Shown: positions 8,684 through 19,374, counted from the stretch's first letter. The stretch: DNA of 54,685 nt from Puniceicoccales bacterium (GCA_031255005.1 JAIRTH010000019.1:1-54685), one strand, 5' to 3'. The notes: generated by a model not told the origin, from the letters alone. Made by a program: numbers and translations.

Positions 8684-10750
8684 TCAATACTGCCTTCGAA
8701 AGTTTGTTGGTTGCTTTATTCCAAATGAAATCACTTCGTAGAAATTTTTTGGAATTTCGGCTATAAATCTGCTTTTTTGCAGAGGCAGTGCAATGGTTGC
8801 ATTTCTGTTAACTTGTTGTGATTGATAGGGATAGCACATATATAATTCATCCTTGGCACGAGTGACTGCCACGTAAAATAGCCGACGTTCTTCGGAAATA
8901 TTTCCTTCATCGATGGCACGCTTGAGTGGAAAGTTGTTTTCTGTCAAGCCTATAATAAAAACCACAGGAAATTCTAATCCTTTGGCTTGATGGACAGTGG
9001 TCAACCGTAGTTGGTCCTCGGTTGCAGTCATGTCGGTCGCGGTGGTTTCGGATTGCATGAGTGCAACTTGATTGAGTAAAGTTGTGGTGTCGTTGAATTT
9101 GCTGGCAAAATTAGCAAAAGATTCCACGTCGTCTTGTCGCGAATTGCTGTTGTTAAAATTTTTTTGTAAATAGAAAATGTACTCTTCATAGAGAGCTAAT
9201 GTTATGAGATCTCCCACAGAGTTGGTCGCTATTTGTTCTGTATCTCTTTGGGCGGCATACTCAAAGAGGTCATCTGGCTGATGGATATATTTTGAGCCAT
9301 TCATATATTCAATGCCAGTGTGAATTTTTTTCAGTGTGCGAGCCAATGGGCGCCAATATTCTAGGGAGATGGTTGGCACTTTTGCAATGACTGGTTCGTC
9401 TTCAAGGCAATTTACGGGATGTTTGTTTTTTAAGTCCGCGTGGGAGTGCAGGATATGAAACAATTTTTCTGCAGTTTTTTCGCCAAATTTTGGCAGCCGA
9501 CATAAAATTTTTACGAATGCTCTGGAATCCATGTGATTGTTCGCAAATCTGAGCATGGCAATGATATCTTTTATATGAATTTGTTCAAAAAATCTAATGC
9601 CGCTGGTGATATTGTAAGGGATGCCGTAGCGCGTCAATTCCATTTGGAGCTCCATGGAATGGTAGTGAGCGCGATAGAGTATAGCCACATCTGATAATTT
9701 ATAACCATCTTGTTTTAAATTAGTTAGGCGTTTTATTATGAAATTTGCCTGCTGTCTTGGGTCAGTGGTTTTTACTAAAAACGGCAATCGGCCTTTGGCC
9801 CGTGCCGAACTGAGCGTTTTCCCATATCCTAGTCTTTCTGAGACATGTATCTCATTGGCTAACAATAGGATCTGTGGCGTACTGCGGTAGTTTTTTTCGA
9901 TTTTCAGAATATTTGTTCCTGGATGGCGGTCAGCAAATTCTGTGATATTTTTGATATTGGCACCGCGCCAAGTATATATGCATTGGGCATCGTCACCTAC
10001 AGCAAATATTTGATGATCAGTGGCTAATGTGTCGACGATCTGCATTTGAATTTCATTGGTATCTTGGTACTCATCGACCAGAATACTACAAAATCTTTGG
10101 CCATAAAAATCCAAAAGATCGTTATTTTCTTTCAATAGGTGTAAAAAATGCAGTAAAAGATCATCGTAGTCGAGGACATTCTGTTCGAATTTTTTTTTCT
10201 GATATGCACTGGAAAACTTTGTGATATAATCGCTTATATAATCAAAGTATGAATATTTTTGTTCCAAAACATTGGCTATGGAAGTTCTTGTATTGATCGA
10301 ATAGCTTAGGATTTCCAACATGACCCTTGGGCTTGGATTGCTTTTATTTTTCAGAAATTCATTATCAATTTCCTTGACACATTCAGAAAATAATGATAGA
10401 GAATCGTTGTCGTCTAGAATGCAAAAATTTTGCGATATGCCAAGTCGATCGCTATGCCTGCGCAGAAATTTTTGGGCTATATGATGAAAGGTGCCGCCAT
10501 AGAAATTATCACTGGTGAATCCGGTAATTGTTTCGACTCGGCTGAGCATTTCCTTAGCAGCTTTATTTGTGAATGTCAACAATAAAATATTTTCTGGTGC
10601 CACTCCATGTTCCAGCAGCCAAGCCACTCTATAGGTGAGGGTTCTGGTTTTTCCTGTGCCGGCTCCGGCCAGTACCAGTGTCGATTTCGTTGGAGATGAA
10701 ACAGCAAGGTATTGATGTTCATTTAATTCTTTTTGAAAATTTGTTGCCAT
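8684..10750 (-). CDS. uvrD: ATP-dependent DNA helicase, UvrD/PcrA (SF1) family
   Basis: 688 aa with SF1 motifs AGAGTGKTRTLTYR, LLLTFTNKAAKEM, ILVDEYQDTN, VGDDAQCIYTWRGA, TVHQAKGLEF and LFYVAVTRAKDEL. Confidence 0.9.
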   Translation of the reverse strand: MATNFQKELNEHQYLAVSSPTKSTLVLAGAGTGKTRTLTYRVAWLLEHGVAPENILLLTFTNKAAKEMLSRVETITGFTSDNFYGGTFHHIAQKFLRRHSDRLGISQNFCILDDNDSLSLFSECVKEIDNEFLKNKSNPSPRVMLEILSYSINTRTSIANVLEQKYSYFDYISDYITKFSSAYQKKKFEQNVLDYDDLLLHFLHLLKENNDLLDFYGQRFCSILVDEYQDTNEIQMQIVDTLATDHQIFAVGDDAQCIYTWRGANIKNITEFADRHPGTNILKIEKNYRSTPQILLLANEIHVSERLGYGKTLSSARAKGRLPFLVKTTDPRQQANFIIKRLTNLKQDGYKLSDVAILYRAHYHSMELQMELTRYGIPYNITSGIRFFEQIHIKDIIAMLRFANNHMDSRAFVKILCRLPKFGEKTAEKLFHILHSHADLKNKHPVNCLEDEPVIAKVPTISLEYWRPLARTLKKIHTGIEYMNGSKYIHQPDDLFEYAAQRDTEQIATNSVGDLITLALYEEYIFYLQKNFNNSNSRQDDVESFANFASKFNDTTTLLNQVALMQSETTATDMTATEDQLRLTTVHQAKGLEFPVVFIIGLTENNFPLKRAIDEGNISEERRLFYVAVTRAKDELYMCYPYQSQQVNRNATIALPLQKSRFIAEIPKNFYEVISFGIKQPTNFRRQY

Positions 10751-10769
10751 GCAGTCTTTGGATTTTAAG

Positions 10770-11672
10770 TTAATTTTTTTGATTTTTCCATGTATTTTTC
10801 ATGCTTCTTTTCATTTGCGTGGCCCGTTGGTGTGGTGTTAAAAGCTGATTTTTTTCATCGATAAATGAAAGAAATTCCACGTCAATGCTACTGGTAAATG
10901 TAACTTGGTATTCAATTAGATAGACGTCAATCCTAGATATTTTATCATCATTGTAATAGTCAGCGATTCCGTGATATATCTCGTTGGTACTCAGTATATT
11001 TATGGAATATATGCCTGGATAAATCTGTTGTTCATTTTGCACCCTAAATGTTGATATTAAAATGTCAGCGACCTGATTTTTTCGTTCAAAAAGGCATCGG
11101 CAATAGTAGTTATAACCTAGCATTGAGTTTGCTGTAGCCAAATTGCCTTGGATTAATTCTTGCCGAATTCGAGTACTACTTATGCGAAATCCATTTGCCA
11201 TAAGTGATTGAATAACAATTACTTCTATGCCAATTTTGCTGGAAAGTGATTGAAGATAATTGGCATTACCAGTTCGTCCACTACCGAATCGAAAATTTTG
11301 GCCGATGCATATGGTGTTTATAGTCTTGAACTTATGTTTCAGCATATCCATAAAATCATCTGGACTTAGACTAGCGAATTCGCGATCAAAATGCTGTTCA
11401 ACCATGTAGTCTATGTTTAACTTGCCCAGTTGCATGGCTTTCTGCTCATAGGTCAATATTAAATTTTTGCGATTTCCTAAAATTTCTGTTGGGTGTGGTA
11501 AAAATGTGTACACAGCGGATTTGCCACCTATGGAACTGGCCATTCCGATTGCATTTTGTATAACTCGTTGATGCCCAAGGTGTACGCCATCAAATACACC
11601 TATCGCCAATACCAGTGGGGCGTTTTTATGAATCGAAACGGTGTTTTTGCCAACTGTTTTTAAAAATAACAT
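10770..11672 (-). CDS. ribF: bifunctional riboflavin kinase / FMN adenylyltransferase
   Basis: N-terminal FAD synthetase motif AIGVFDGVHLGHQ, followed by FRFGSGRTGN and ISSTRIR, with a C-terminal riboflavin-kinase half. Confidence 0.85.
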   Translation of the reverse strand: MLFLKTVGKNTVSIHKNAPLVLAIGVFDGVHLGHQRVIQNAIGMASSIGGKSAVYTFLPHPTEILGNRKNLILTYEQKAMQLGKLNIDYMVEQHFDREFASLSPDDFMDMLKHKFKTINTICIGQNFRFGSGRTGNANYLQSLSSKIGIEVIVIQSLMANGFRISSTRIRQELIQGNLATANSMLGYNYYCRCLFERKNQVADILISTFRVQNEQQIYPGIYSINILSTNEIYHGIADYYNDDKISRIDVYLIEYQVTFTSSIDVEFLSFIDEKNQLLTPHQRATQMKRSMKNTWKNQKN

Positions 11673-11678
11673 ATTGCT

Positions 11679-12416
11679 TCATACTACATCGGTTACTTGT
11701 AGAATCAATTTATCTATTTCTTCTGGTTCAATGGCCAGAATGTGATCAAGTTTGGTAGCTTTTTCTAGTCTCATTGGGCCCACGCGTGTTCGAGTGAGTT
11801 TTGTCATATGTGCCCCACAGCCAAGGACTTGGCCAACATCATTTATGAGTGTTCTCACATAGGTGCCTTTGGAGCAGGACAGCTCGAACTCTGCCAATGG
11901 AGAGGCAAAATTTCCCAGAGCAAATTCAGCTATGTGAATTAATCTTGGTTCTCTTTCGACATTTTGGCCTTTCCTTGCCAATTTATAGAGAGGTACGCCG
12001 TTTAACTTTTTAGCAGAAAACATAGGAGGTATTTGATGTTGTTCTCCTAGAAAGGAATGCATTACATTTTCCACATCATTTTTGACTAATTCCGGCACAG
12101 GTTTTATGGCAATTATCATTCCTTGGGCATCATGGGTGTCAGTGGTTATTCCAAAGCACATTTCCCCCGCATAGGTTTTATCGCAATTTGTAATCAGCTG
12201 CGAGATTTTTGTTGCCATGCCGAGTAGTATTACCAATAGTCCATTGGCAATGGGATCAAGGGTGCCTGCGTGCCCGATCCTCTTCATTGATAACTTCTTG
12301 CGTAGTTTATCCACCACATCATGAGAGGTTAGCCCTATCGGTTTATCTACGAGTAGTATTCCATTAAATTTTTGTTTATGTGCCATTATTGGCTCTGAAT
12401 GAACAACTTCAGACAT
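11679..12416 (-). CDS. truB: tRNA pseudouridine(55) synthase
   Basis: GILLVDKPIGLTSHDVV and GHAGTLDPIANGLLVILLG (catalytic Asp) are present. The likely real start is ATG at 12386, which forms a TAATG one-nt overlap with the nrnA stop. Confidence 0.9.
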   Translation of the reverse strand: MSEVVHSEPIMAHKQKFNGILLVDKPIGLTSHDVVDKLRKKLSMKRIGHAGTLDPIANGLLVILLGMATKISQLITNCDKTYAGEMCFGITTDTHDAQGMIIAIKPVPELVKNDVENVMHSFLGEQHQIPPMFSAKKLNGVPLYKLARKGQNVEREPRLIHIAEFALGNFASPLAEFELSCSKGTYVRTLINDVGQVLGCGAHMTKLTRTRVGPMRLEKATKLDHILAIEPEEIDKLILQVTDVV

Positions 12417-13468
12417 TCTTGCAATTCATTTATTAATTTTGGCATTATTTTATCTTCGGTACCATAGGTGGAAAAGGTTGCAGCACAGGCATGGCCGCCA
12501 CCACCGAATTTTGCTGCCAATAAATCGAGTCTTATTTCAGGAATATCTGTCCGTAGGCTAATCTTTATGCGATCATTAAGTATTTGCATTGCAACTGCTA
12601 CCAAAACGCCCTTGATTGATCTAGGAAGATTAATTATTCCTTCGGTATCATCTTCCATGTTGGTGTTAGTGGCAAGAAAATCTTCGTCGCGAAGCACGCC
12701 AAGACATATTTTGCCATCAGCAAAGAACTCGAAGGATTGAATGAACCTTTGAATCAATGCAAATTTTTCTCTGGATTCATTTTGATAAATCGCTCGGAAT
12801 ATCTCATTGGGGTTAGCGCCATCATCTATTAGTTTTGCGCCGAGGTGGAGTGTTCTGGCAACGGTAAATGTATAACTGAATTTCCCCGTGTCAGTTACGA
12901 TACCAGCATAGAGAGCTGTCGCCATGATTTTGGTGATCGGAAATCCAAATTGATAGGCATAATCCGCGATGATTTCACTGGTGGCAGTCGCGTGGTTGAA
13001 CACAAAATTGTTTTCAGCAAAAAGCTCATTATTCATGTGATGGTCAACGGATATTATCGGCTTCTTGGCCAAGGCTTTAGTGAATATTCCACCTCGACTT
13101 ACTGTGCCACAATCTACAAATATATAATCATCGACGATGGTAGTTTTTGGAGAATTTACCTGATAATTTCCAAGAACCAGCAAGAGATTGTCCGGAGTTT
13201 TGGGAGTTTCGTTCAAAAGTATGGGGTTTGAGCCAAAATGAGTCAATATTTCCGCCATGGCCACCTGGGAACCGATACAATCTCCATCAGGACGAGTATG
13301 ACCTATGACACCGATCGTCTTGCCAGAGAAGTTATTAAAAATCTCAAAAAACGTTTCATACTCTGAAAAATGCTCTAAGTTGCGTTCGTCCATGGAAAGC
13401 AATGTTGGCGTGTCAAACCGATTGGCAACAGGAAATTCCTTTTTTATTACATATTTTTTTTGCGCCAA
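12386..13468 (-). CDS. nrnA: DHH/DHHA1 phosphoesterase (NrnA-type oligoribonuclease / pAp phosphatase)
   Basis: Motifs GHTRPDGDCIGS, VDCG, DHH (SVDHHMNN), DTGKFSY and GGGGHACAA. The start at 13468 would overlap the upstream EamA gene by 56 nt; the Met at 13393 is an alternative. Confidence 0.75.
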   Translation of the reverse strand: MAQKKYVIKKEFPVANRFDTPTLLSMDERNLEHFSEYETFFEIFNNFSGKTIGVIGHTRPDGDCIGSQVAMAEILTHFGSNPILLNETPKTPDNLLLVLGNYQVNSPKTTIVDDYIFVDCGTVSRGGIFTKALAKKPIISVDHHMNNELFAENNFVFNHATATSEIIADYAYQFGFPITKIMATALYAGIVTDTGKFSYTFTVARTLHLGAKLIDDGANPNEIFRAIYQNESREKFALIQRFIQSFEFFADGKICLGVLRDEDFLATNTNMEDDTEGIINLPRSIKGVLVAVAMQILNDRIKISLRTDIPEIRLDLLAAKFGGGGHACAATFSTYGTEDKIMPKLINELQECLKLFIQSQ

Positions 13469-14375
13469 AGGAAACCTCCCTAACCATTAGATAGAGTGCA
13501 CTAGGTATTATGATGGCTCCGCCCAACAATGTTTTTATTGTAATTACTTCTCCGAAAAGTACATAGCCGAATAGATATGCAAAAATTAACTCAAAATATC
13601 TGAAAGGGGCAACAGCGGACACATCCACATAGGAGAACGATTTCAATACGCAGAAAAGTAAAAAATTTGAGCTCATTCCAAGTATGAAAAACAAGCAAAG
13701 TTGGTAGATGCTAAGTGGTTGCCACAGAATAATTGCCGGTATGCTAGATAGAGTCATGGTTATAAAAGCTGTGTAAAATATGGATGAAATGGTACTTTCT
13801 CTGGAACTCAACATCTTATTTATTATGTCCAATAATGCGAACATGGACGCGCCAAAAAGCAATATCAATGTGCCAGATAGTGGGAAATTCGATGCTTCAG
13901 GATTGATAACTATGCCCACGCCGATGAAGCCGCATAATGTGGCCAACCATCGAGCACGTCCGATGTTCTCTTGCAACATTATAGCTGCTAAAAGCAGTGT
14001 GAACATTGGAATGGTGAAAGTGATGAGGGAGGCCACATTAAGGGGAACTGATTTTAACCCTGAACACCATAATGTGATGCCAGAAAATAATATTAGGCCA
14101 CGGACAATATGGGCCAGCGGCCTAGTGGTTTTCAGCGATTTTAACTGGTTTTTTAACACAAACGGCAACAACGTAATAACTCCGAAAAAGAATCGCATGA
14201 ACACAATCTGTAACGGATGACATTTTAGTCCTATATGCTTCATAATGGAATCATTGGTCACACAGCACAATAGGCTTGCAACGAACCACAATATCCCACG
14301 AAAATATCTAGATGTTTGCCTATTCATAAAATCAACCGACTTGCATAGACTCTTATATATGTACGAAATCGTCAA
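13413..14375 (-). CDS. EamA/DMT-family transporter (10-TM permease)
   Basis: 320-aa very hydrophobic ORF with two EamA-like halves. The substrate is unknown and the start is uncertain. Confidence 0.65.
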   Translation of the reverse strand: MTISYIYKSLCKSVDFMNRQTSRYFRGILWFVASLLCCVTNDSIMKHIGLKCHPLQIVFMRFFFGVITLLPFVLKNQLKSLKTTRPLAHIVRGLILFSGITLWCSGLKSVPLNVASLITFTIPMFTLLLAAIMLQENIGRARWLATLCGFIGVGIVINPEASNFPLSGTLILLFGASMFALLDIINKMLSSRESTISSIFYTAFITMTLSSIPAIILWQPLSIYQLCLFFILGMSSNFLLFCVLKSFSYVDVSAVAPFRYFELIFAYLFGYVLFGEVITIKTLLGGAIIIPSALYLMVREVSFGAKKICNKKGISCCQSV

Positions 14376-14499
14376 GATAATAATTATAAATGTGATATAC
14401 TCTACTTATTTTATTGTAGTCCAATGACTTACTTGACAAATTAACATTATTAATGTGTAAATTGACTTTTATTAACGCTGTGATAATAATCTATGCAGT

Positions 14500-17046
14500 A
14501 TGGAAAAAGATACTTCTGATACATATTTGACTACGCCAATGATGAAGCAGTACCAAGAAATTAGAAGCAAATTGCCTTCTAATGTATTGTTATTGTTCAG
14601 GTTAGGTGATTTTTATGAGCTTTTTGGCGATCAGGCAATTATTGCATCAAAAGTGCTTGGCTTAACTCTAACCAAAAGGCAGCTCACCCCCATGGCTGGT
14701 CTGCCGCATCATGCAGCGGGTCAATACATAAGTAGATTGTTAGCAGCAGGTTATAAAGTAGCTGTCTGTGATCAAACAGAGGAGGCTAAACCTGGTAAGA
14801 TTGTTCGCCGTGAAATAACCAAAATTTTCACTCCGGGAACAACCATAGAAGAAAGTCATCTTGAGGCTAAAATAAATAGCTATATAATTGCGCTGGAGCT
14901 AGATAAACGCCATGTGCATATGGCCTGGCTGGAGGTGTCCACCGGTGAATTTCAACTATCCACAGCGCCGAATATTGATGCCATTGCTCCGGTTATAAGT
15001 GCATTGAATCCCAAGGAGATAGTTGTCTGTGATGACATTAAAACGAAAATAGATTCATTGGCCACCGGAGACCAGGAAACCTTTGGTTGGCTTTTGGATG
15101 GAAAACTTCTATCCCCTGTGCCGGTCTACTATTTTGATTGGCAAAATTGTCATGGGCTCCTAAAATCAACTCTCGGCGTTATGAACTTGCGCGGCTACGG
15201 GATCCAGGACCATCATCCGGCGATTGGTGCGGCCGGTGCGCTGCTTAAGTATGTGTCAGATAATCTAAGGCAATCGCCCACAAACATAGTAACGCTAAAG
15301 GAATACATTTCGCAAAAAAATCTGGTGGTTGATCCCTCGACGATAAAAAATCTCGAAATCTTTAGGTCTTCGGGCGGAACGCGTAAGGGATCATTTTTGG
15401 ACGCCATCGATCACACGGTTACTCCCATGGGTGCCAGAATGTTGGAAAATTATCTGATCACGCCATCATTGAACATTGATGAAATAAAATCTCGAAACAA
15501 TTGTGTGGAAAAATTTTTTAATAATGTGACAGAATGTGTTGCATTGCAGGAATCTATGTCCTGTATTTGTGATATACAAAGGGTTTTGACTCGGTTGCAA
15601 AACAATCCGCGCAACCCCCGGGAGCTTGGTGCTCTGAGAAGTGCATTGGGCCAATTGCCAAAAATCAAAAATATCTTAGCAGCAATTAGTTGTACTGATA
15701 TTGCCAGGTTTAATAACGGTATTTATGCCTGTGCTGATCTCAGGAATTTTCTAATCGAAGCATTGGCCGATGAGTTACCCAATGATGTAAATGGCGGTGG
15801 TTTTATACGCAAAGGCTTTGATTCGGAAGTAGATAAATTGAGAGCTGTTGGAAGTGACAGCAAATCCTGGCTTACGGCCATGGAGGCCGAGGAGCAAAAA
15901 AAGACCGGCATAAAATCGCTGAAAATAAAATATAATAGCAATTTCGGTTATTTTATAGAGGTCACAAAATCCAATGTCTCGTTGGTGCCAGATCATTATA
16001 TCCGCCGACAGACAACCGTTGGCGCTGAACGATATATAACTCATGAATTGCGAGAAAAAGAACACGAAATCCTGTCGTCGGAAGAAAAATTGATGAACCG
16101 CGAGTTTTTTTTATTCGGTGAAATTGTGAAAAAAATTCTCAGCAAGAGCCAGGAGTTTTTTTCGACGGCTAAAAGCATTGCAGAAATTGATGTGCTGTGC
16201 GGCTGGGCAACCATCGCACGAGACTATGGCTATTGTAAACCCGAATTGGTAATTGGCGATGAAATTGATATTAAAAATGGCAGGCATCCTGTTGTGGAGC
16301 AAATGCTTAAAAAATCCTACCAACCCATTGCAGATTCCAGAAGTTTTGTGTCCAATGACTGTTATTTGAGCTCGTCGACAAACCAAATCGCATTGATAAC
16401 TGGACCAAATATGTCCGGAAAATCCACCTACATAAGGCAGGTGGCCCTCATAGTTTTAATGGCTCAAATCGGCCACTGGGTCCCAGCCGACCATTGCAAA
16501 ATCGGCATTGTTGATAGAATATTTTCTAGAATTGGAGCCAGCGACGATCTGTCAAAGGGCAGTTCTACGTTCATGGTTGAAATGAACGAAACCGCTAATA
16601 TAATAAATAATACGACGAATCAAAGCCTAATTATTTTGGATGAAATTGGCCGCGGGACCAGTACCTATGACGGCTTGAGCATCGCCTGGGCCGTGGTTGA
16701 GCACTTGCATCGGGGGAATAAATCCGGCCCGAAAACGTTGTTTGCTACTCACTATCATGAACTTACAAAGCTTAGCGAAAGTCTTTCGCGTCTGACCAAT
16801 TATTTTGTTGCCGTCAAGGAATGGAACGATGAGATCATTTTTTTGAAACGCGTAATGAAGGGTTGTTCAGATCGTTCCTATGGCATTCAGGTCGCCAGAT
16901 TGGCTGGCATTCCAGTCTCGGTGATAGACAGGGCGAAGGAAATTCTGGCCATGCTCGAAACCGAAGGTTCTATTAGCCGTTCACTAAAAAATAGAAAACC
17001 TTCTCGCCAAGGTGGTTACAATGATGACCAGCTGAGATTATTATGA
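14500..17046 (+). CDS. mutS: DNA mismatch repair protein MutS
   Basis: N-terminal TPMMKQYQEIRSK...GDFYELFGDQA, Walker A ITGPNMSGKSTYIRQ, STFMVEMNETA, DEIGRGTSTYDG and THYHEL. Confidence 0.95.
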   Translation: MEKDTSDTYLTTPMMKQYQEIRSKLPSNVLLLFRLGDFYELFGDQAIIASKVLGLTLTKRQLTPMAGLPHHAAGQYISRLLAAGYKVAVCDQTEEAKPGKIVRREITKIFTPGTTIEESHLEAKINSYIIALELDKRHVHMAWLEVSTGEFQLSTAPNIDAIAPVISALNPKEIVVCDDIKTKIDSLATGDQETFGWLLDGKLLSPVPVYYFDWQNCHGLLKSTLGVMNLRGYGIQDHHPAIGAAGALLKYVSDNLRQSPTNIVTLKEYISQKNLVVDPSTIKNLEIFRSSGGTRKGSFLDAIDHTVTPMGARMLENYLITPSLNIDEIKSRNNCVEKFFNNVTECVALQESMSCICDIQRVLTRLQNNPRNPRELGALRSALGQLPKIKNILAAISCTDIARFNNGIYACADLRNFLIEALADELPNDVNGGGFIRKGFDSEVDKLRAVGSDSKSWLTAMEAEEQKKTGIKSLKIKYNSNFGYFIEVTKSNVSLVPDHYIRRQTTVGAERYITHELREKEHEILSSEEKLMNREFFLFGEIVKKILSKSQEFFSTAKSIAEIDVLCGWATIARDYGYCKPELVIGDEIDIKNGRHPVVEQMLKKSYQPIADSRSFVSNDCYLSSSTNQIALITGPNMSGKSTYIRQVALIVLMAQIGHWVPADHCKIGIVDRIFSRIGASDDLSKGSSTFMVEMNETANIINNTTNQSLIILDEIGRGTSTYDGLSIAWAVVEHLHRGNKSGPKTLFATHYHELTKLSESLSRLTNYFVAVKEWNDEIIFLKRVMKGCSDRSYGIQVARLAGIPVSVIDRAKEILAMLETEGSISRSLKNRKPSRQGGYNDDQLRLL

Positions 17047-17080
17047 CTCGACTTGGCGATAGATTGTATTAAATCCATAG

Positions 17081-17677
17081 ATGTTTACATTGATGAGGCG
17101 TTGTTCAAGTAGAAATTTATGGACCAAGGAAGCTGTGGCGGCAAAGGTCAAAAATATTGATCTTCTGTCTCATAATTCGTACACTATCAGTAGGTTTTCT
17201 GGCAGGATCATTGGCATTGATCCAAGTCTCCGTGGTACCGGATTTGCCGTCATTGACATATATAAATCTCAAGAAGCTCAGCTGATATTTTCGAAAACTC
17301 TGAAGATGTCGCCGAAATATACCCAGAGCGAATGTGTGCTAAAAATAGCCGAAGATATTTATGCAAGTTGTTGTGAATATGGACCTTGTGTGGCATCAAT
17401 GGAACAAGCCATATATGTGCAAAATTTTCAGACAACTCAGATTCTTGGCATGGCTCGGGGGGCTGCCATGGTTTCGCTGGCCAGGAGGCGGATTGATCTG
17501 TATGAATACGCTCCGCTACGGATTAAGCAGGCAGTGGTGGGGTTTGGTCAGGCAAAAAAAGATCAAGTAGCCGCCATGATTAGGTCTATCCTTAAGCTAG
17601 AAAAAGAGTTACCTTTCGATGAATCCGACGCTTGTGCTGCGGCGCTATGCCATGCCTTTAGTCTCAAAATTTCATGA
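17081..17677 (+). CDS. ruvC: crossover junction endodeoxyribonuclease RuvC
   Basis: IIGIDPSLRGTGFAVID (catalytic Asp), then EQAIYVQNFQTT, and a C-terminal DESDACAAALCH. An N-terminal extension of about 44 aa precedes the conserved core, and no canonical start codon sits near it. Confidence 0.85.
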   Translation: MFTLMRRCSSRNLWTKEAVAAKVKNIDLLSHNSYTISRFSGRIIGIDPSLRGTGFAVIDIYKSQEAQLIFSKTLKMSPKYTQSECVLKIAEDIYASCCEYGPCVASMEQAIYVQNFQTTQILGMARGAAMVSLARRRIDLYEYAPLRIKQAVVGFGQAKKDQVAAMIRSILKLEKELPFDESDACAAALCHAFSLKIS

Positions 17678-18057
17678 ATATCATTGTAAAAGGTCTGGGC
17701 TACGATATTGTGGAAATTTCTAGAATTCATCGATCTGTGGAGCGGTTTGGTGACAATTTTTTGAGTAAAATTTTTACATCCCAAGAATTGGATTATTGTT
17801 TTGCCAAAGCCAATCCTTATCCCTCTCTGGCCGTTAGATTTGCTGCAAAAGAGGCCTTGGCGAAAGCTCTGCAAACCGGTATAGGTGCTGAATTTTCATG
17901 GAAGGCGTCTATGGTAAAAATAGGCATTCGTGGGGAGCCGATGGTTGAATTAAATCAACAGGGGTTAGTGCTTTTGAAGTCGTTGGCAGCGACTGACATA
18001 AAGATTTCTTTATCCCATACCAGGCTCCTTGCCAGTGCCGTTGCGATGGTTATGTAG
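17674..18057 (+). CDS. acpS: holo-[acyl-carrier-protein] synthase
   Basis: 127 aa with GLGYDIVEISRI, FAAKEALAKAL and ISLSHT. It forms an ATGA overlap with the ruvC stop. Confidence 0.85.
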   Translation: MNIIVKGLGYDIVEISRIHRSVERFGDNFLSKIFTSQELDYCFAKANPYPSLAVRFAAKEALAKALQTGIGAEFSWKASMVKIGIRGEPMVELNQQGLVLLKSLAATDIKISLSHTRLLASAVAMVM

Positions 18058-18180
18058 CTATGTAGTGTGCGAGCGGTTTACGCATTTTATATATCATACA
18101 TTATGGCTGTTGAAAGGATTTTTTTTATTTTGGAAAATTTGACAAATTAACTTGACTTGGTGTAATGTTTGCCTAGCAAA

Positions 18181-19374
18181 ATGCCTGTGAATGGTACACA
18201 TATAATTTTTCGTGGAGCCCATAGGGTGGTTAGCCAGGATGAATTGATAGATAAGTTAAACAGTGGCAAGCGGTTAAATATCAAATTTGGAGTGGATCCA
18301 ACCAGGCCGGATTTAACCTTTGGCCATATGGTGGTTTTTAATAAATTACGTCAATTTCAAGAACTTGGGCATCAGGCAATTCTTTTGATTGGTGATCATA
18401 CTGCTACGGTGGGTGATCCGTCTGGGCGATCGGCGGAGAGGCCTCAGTTAACCAAAGAAGAAGTCAATAGTAATGCACAAACCTATTTGGCTCAAGCATT
18501 TAAAGTTTTAGATAAGGACAAAACGATTGTGCGAAGAAATAGCGAATGGTTTGGTAAAATGACCTTCGATGACATGCTTTTGCTGGCAAGAAAAATGACC
18601 GTGGCGCGGATGCTCGAGCGCGATGATTTCGAAAAAAGATACAGATCCAATGTGCCCATTTCGATAGTTGAGTTTTTGTATCCGCTGATGCAAGGTTACG
18701 ATTCCGTTATGCTGGAGGCTGATGTGGAACTTGGAGGCAGTGATCAACTATTTAATATGTTAGTTGGTCGGGCATTACAAAGAGATGCAGGTCAGGTTGA
18801 GCAATGTGTTTTGAGCATGCCGTTACTTGTCGGTTTGGATGGCACGAGAAAAATGTCTAAAAGTTATGATAACTACATATCATTCAACGAGTTACCCGGC
18901 GATATGTTTGGTAAGGTCATGTCCATTTCCGACGAGACGATGTGGATGTATTATGAACTATTGCTCGGTATGACGGCTGGTGAAGTTAATGAAAAAAAGG
19001 CTTTACATCCGATGGTTGCTAAAAAAACCCTTGCCCATCTACTGGTTGCAAAACTGTACACTAAAGAGGTGGCCGATGGGGAATTGGAAAATTTCGAAAG
19101 TGTGTTTTCCAGGGGCGAAATTCCAGCGGAAATGCCAACTTTTTCGCTAAAATCATTGGCCGCTTCTGCCGGCGATACAAATATCGTTAACTTGTTGACC
19201 AGCACAGGATTACTGTCTATTAGCAAGAATGAAATGCGTCGAATGATAGAGCAAAGGGCTGTGAGGGTCGATGGTAATGTGATTGACGATATAAATTATT
19301 TATTACCTCATGATGTGCGTGATCATGTTGTCATTCAATATGGTAAGAAAATGTTTATAAAATTAGTAATGTGA
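18181..19374 (+). CDS. tyrS: tyrosine--tRNA ligase (type 2)
   Basis: HIGH-like PDLTFGHM, the GDHTATVGDPSG motif, KMSKS, and a C-terminal S4-like domain. ATG at 18181 is preferred over the TTG at 18169 used by the ORF track. Confidence 0.9.
   Translation: MPVNGTHIIFRGAHRVVSQDELIDKLNSGKRLNIKFGVDPTRPDLTFGHMVVFNKLRQFQELGHQAILLIGDHTATVGDPSGRSAERPQLTKEEVNSNAQTYLAQAFKVLDKDKTIVRRNSEWFGKMTFDDMLLLARKMTVARMLERDDFEKRYRSNVPISIVEFLYPLMQGYDSVMLEADVELGGSDQLFNMLVGRALQRDAGQVEQCVLSMPLLVGLDGTRKMSKSYDNYISFNELPGDMFGKVMSISDETMWMYYELLLGMTAGEVNEKKALHPMVAKKTLAHLLVAKLYTKEVADGELENFESVFSRGEIPAEMPTFSLKSLAASAGDTNIVNLLTSTGLLSISKNEMRRMIEQRAVRVDGNVIDDINYLLPHDVRDHVVIQYGKKMFIKLVM

Noticed and set aside
13780-14220. 146-aa + strand ORF
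   Set aside because: It is antisense to the EamA-family permease. The hydrophobic periodicity and the operon context favour the minus strand.
18058-18180. T-box or other riboswitch leader upstream of tyrS
   Set aside because: The spacer is only about 110 nt and shows no specifier or antiterminator helices. It contains only promoter-like hexamers.
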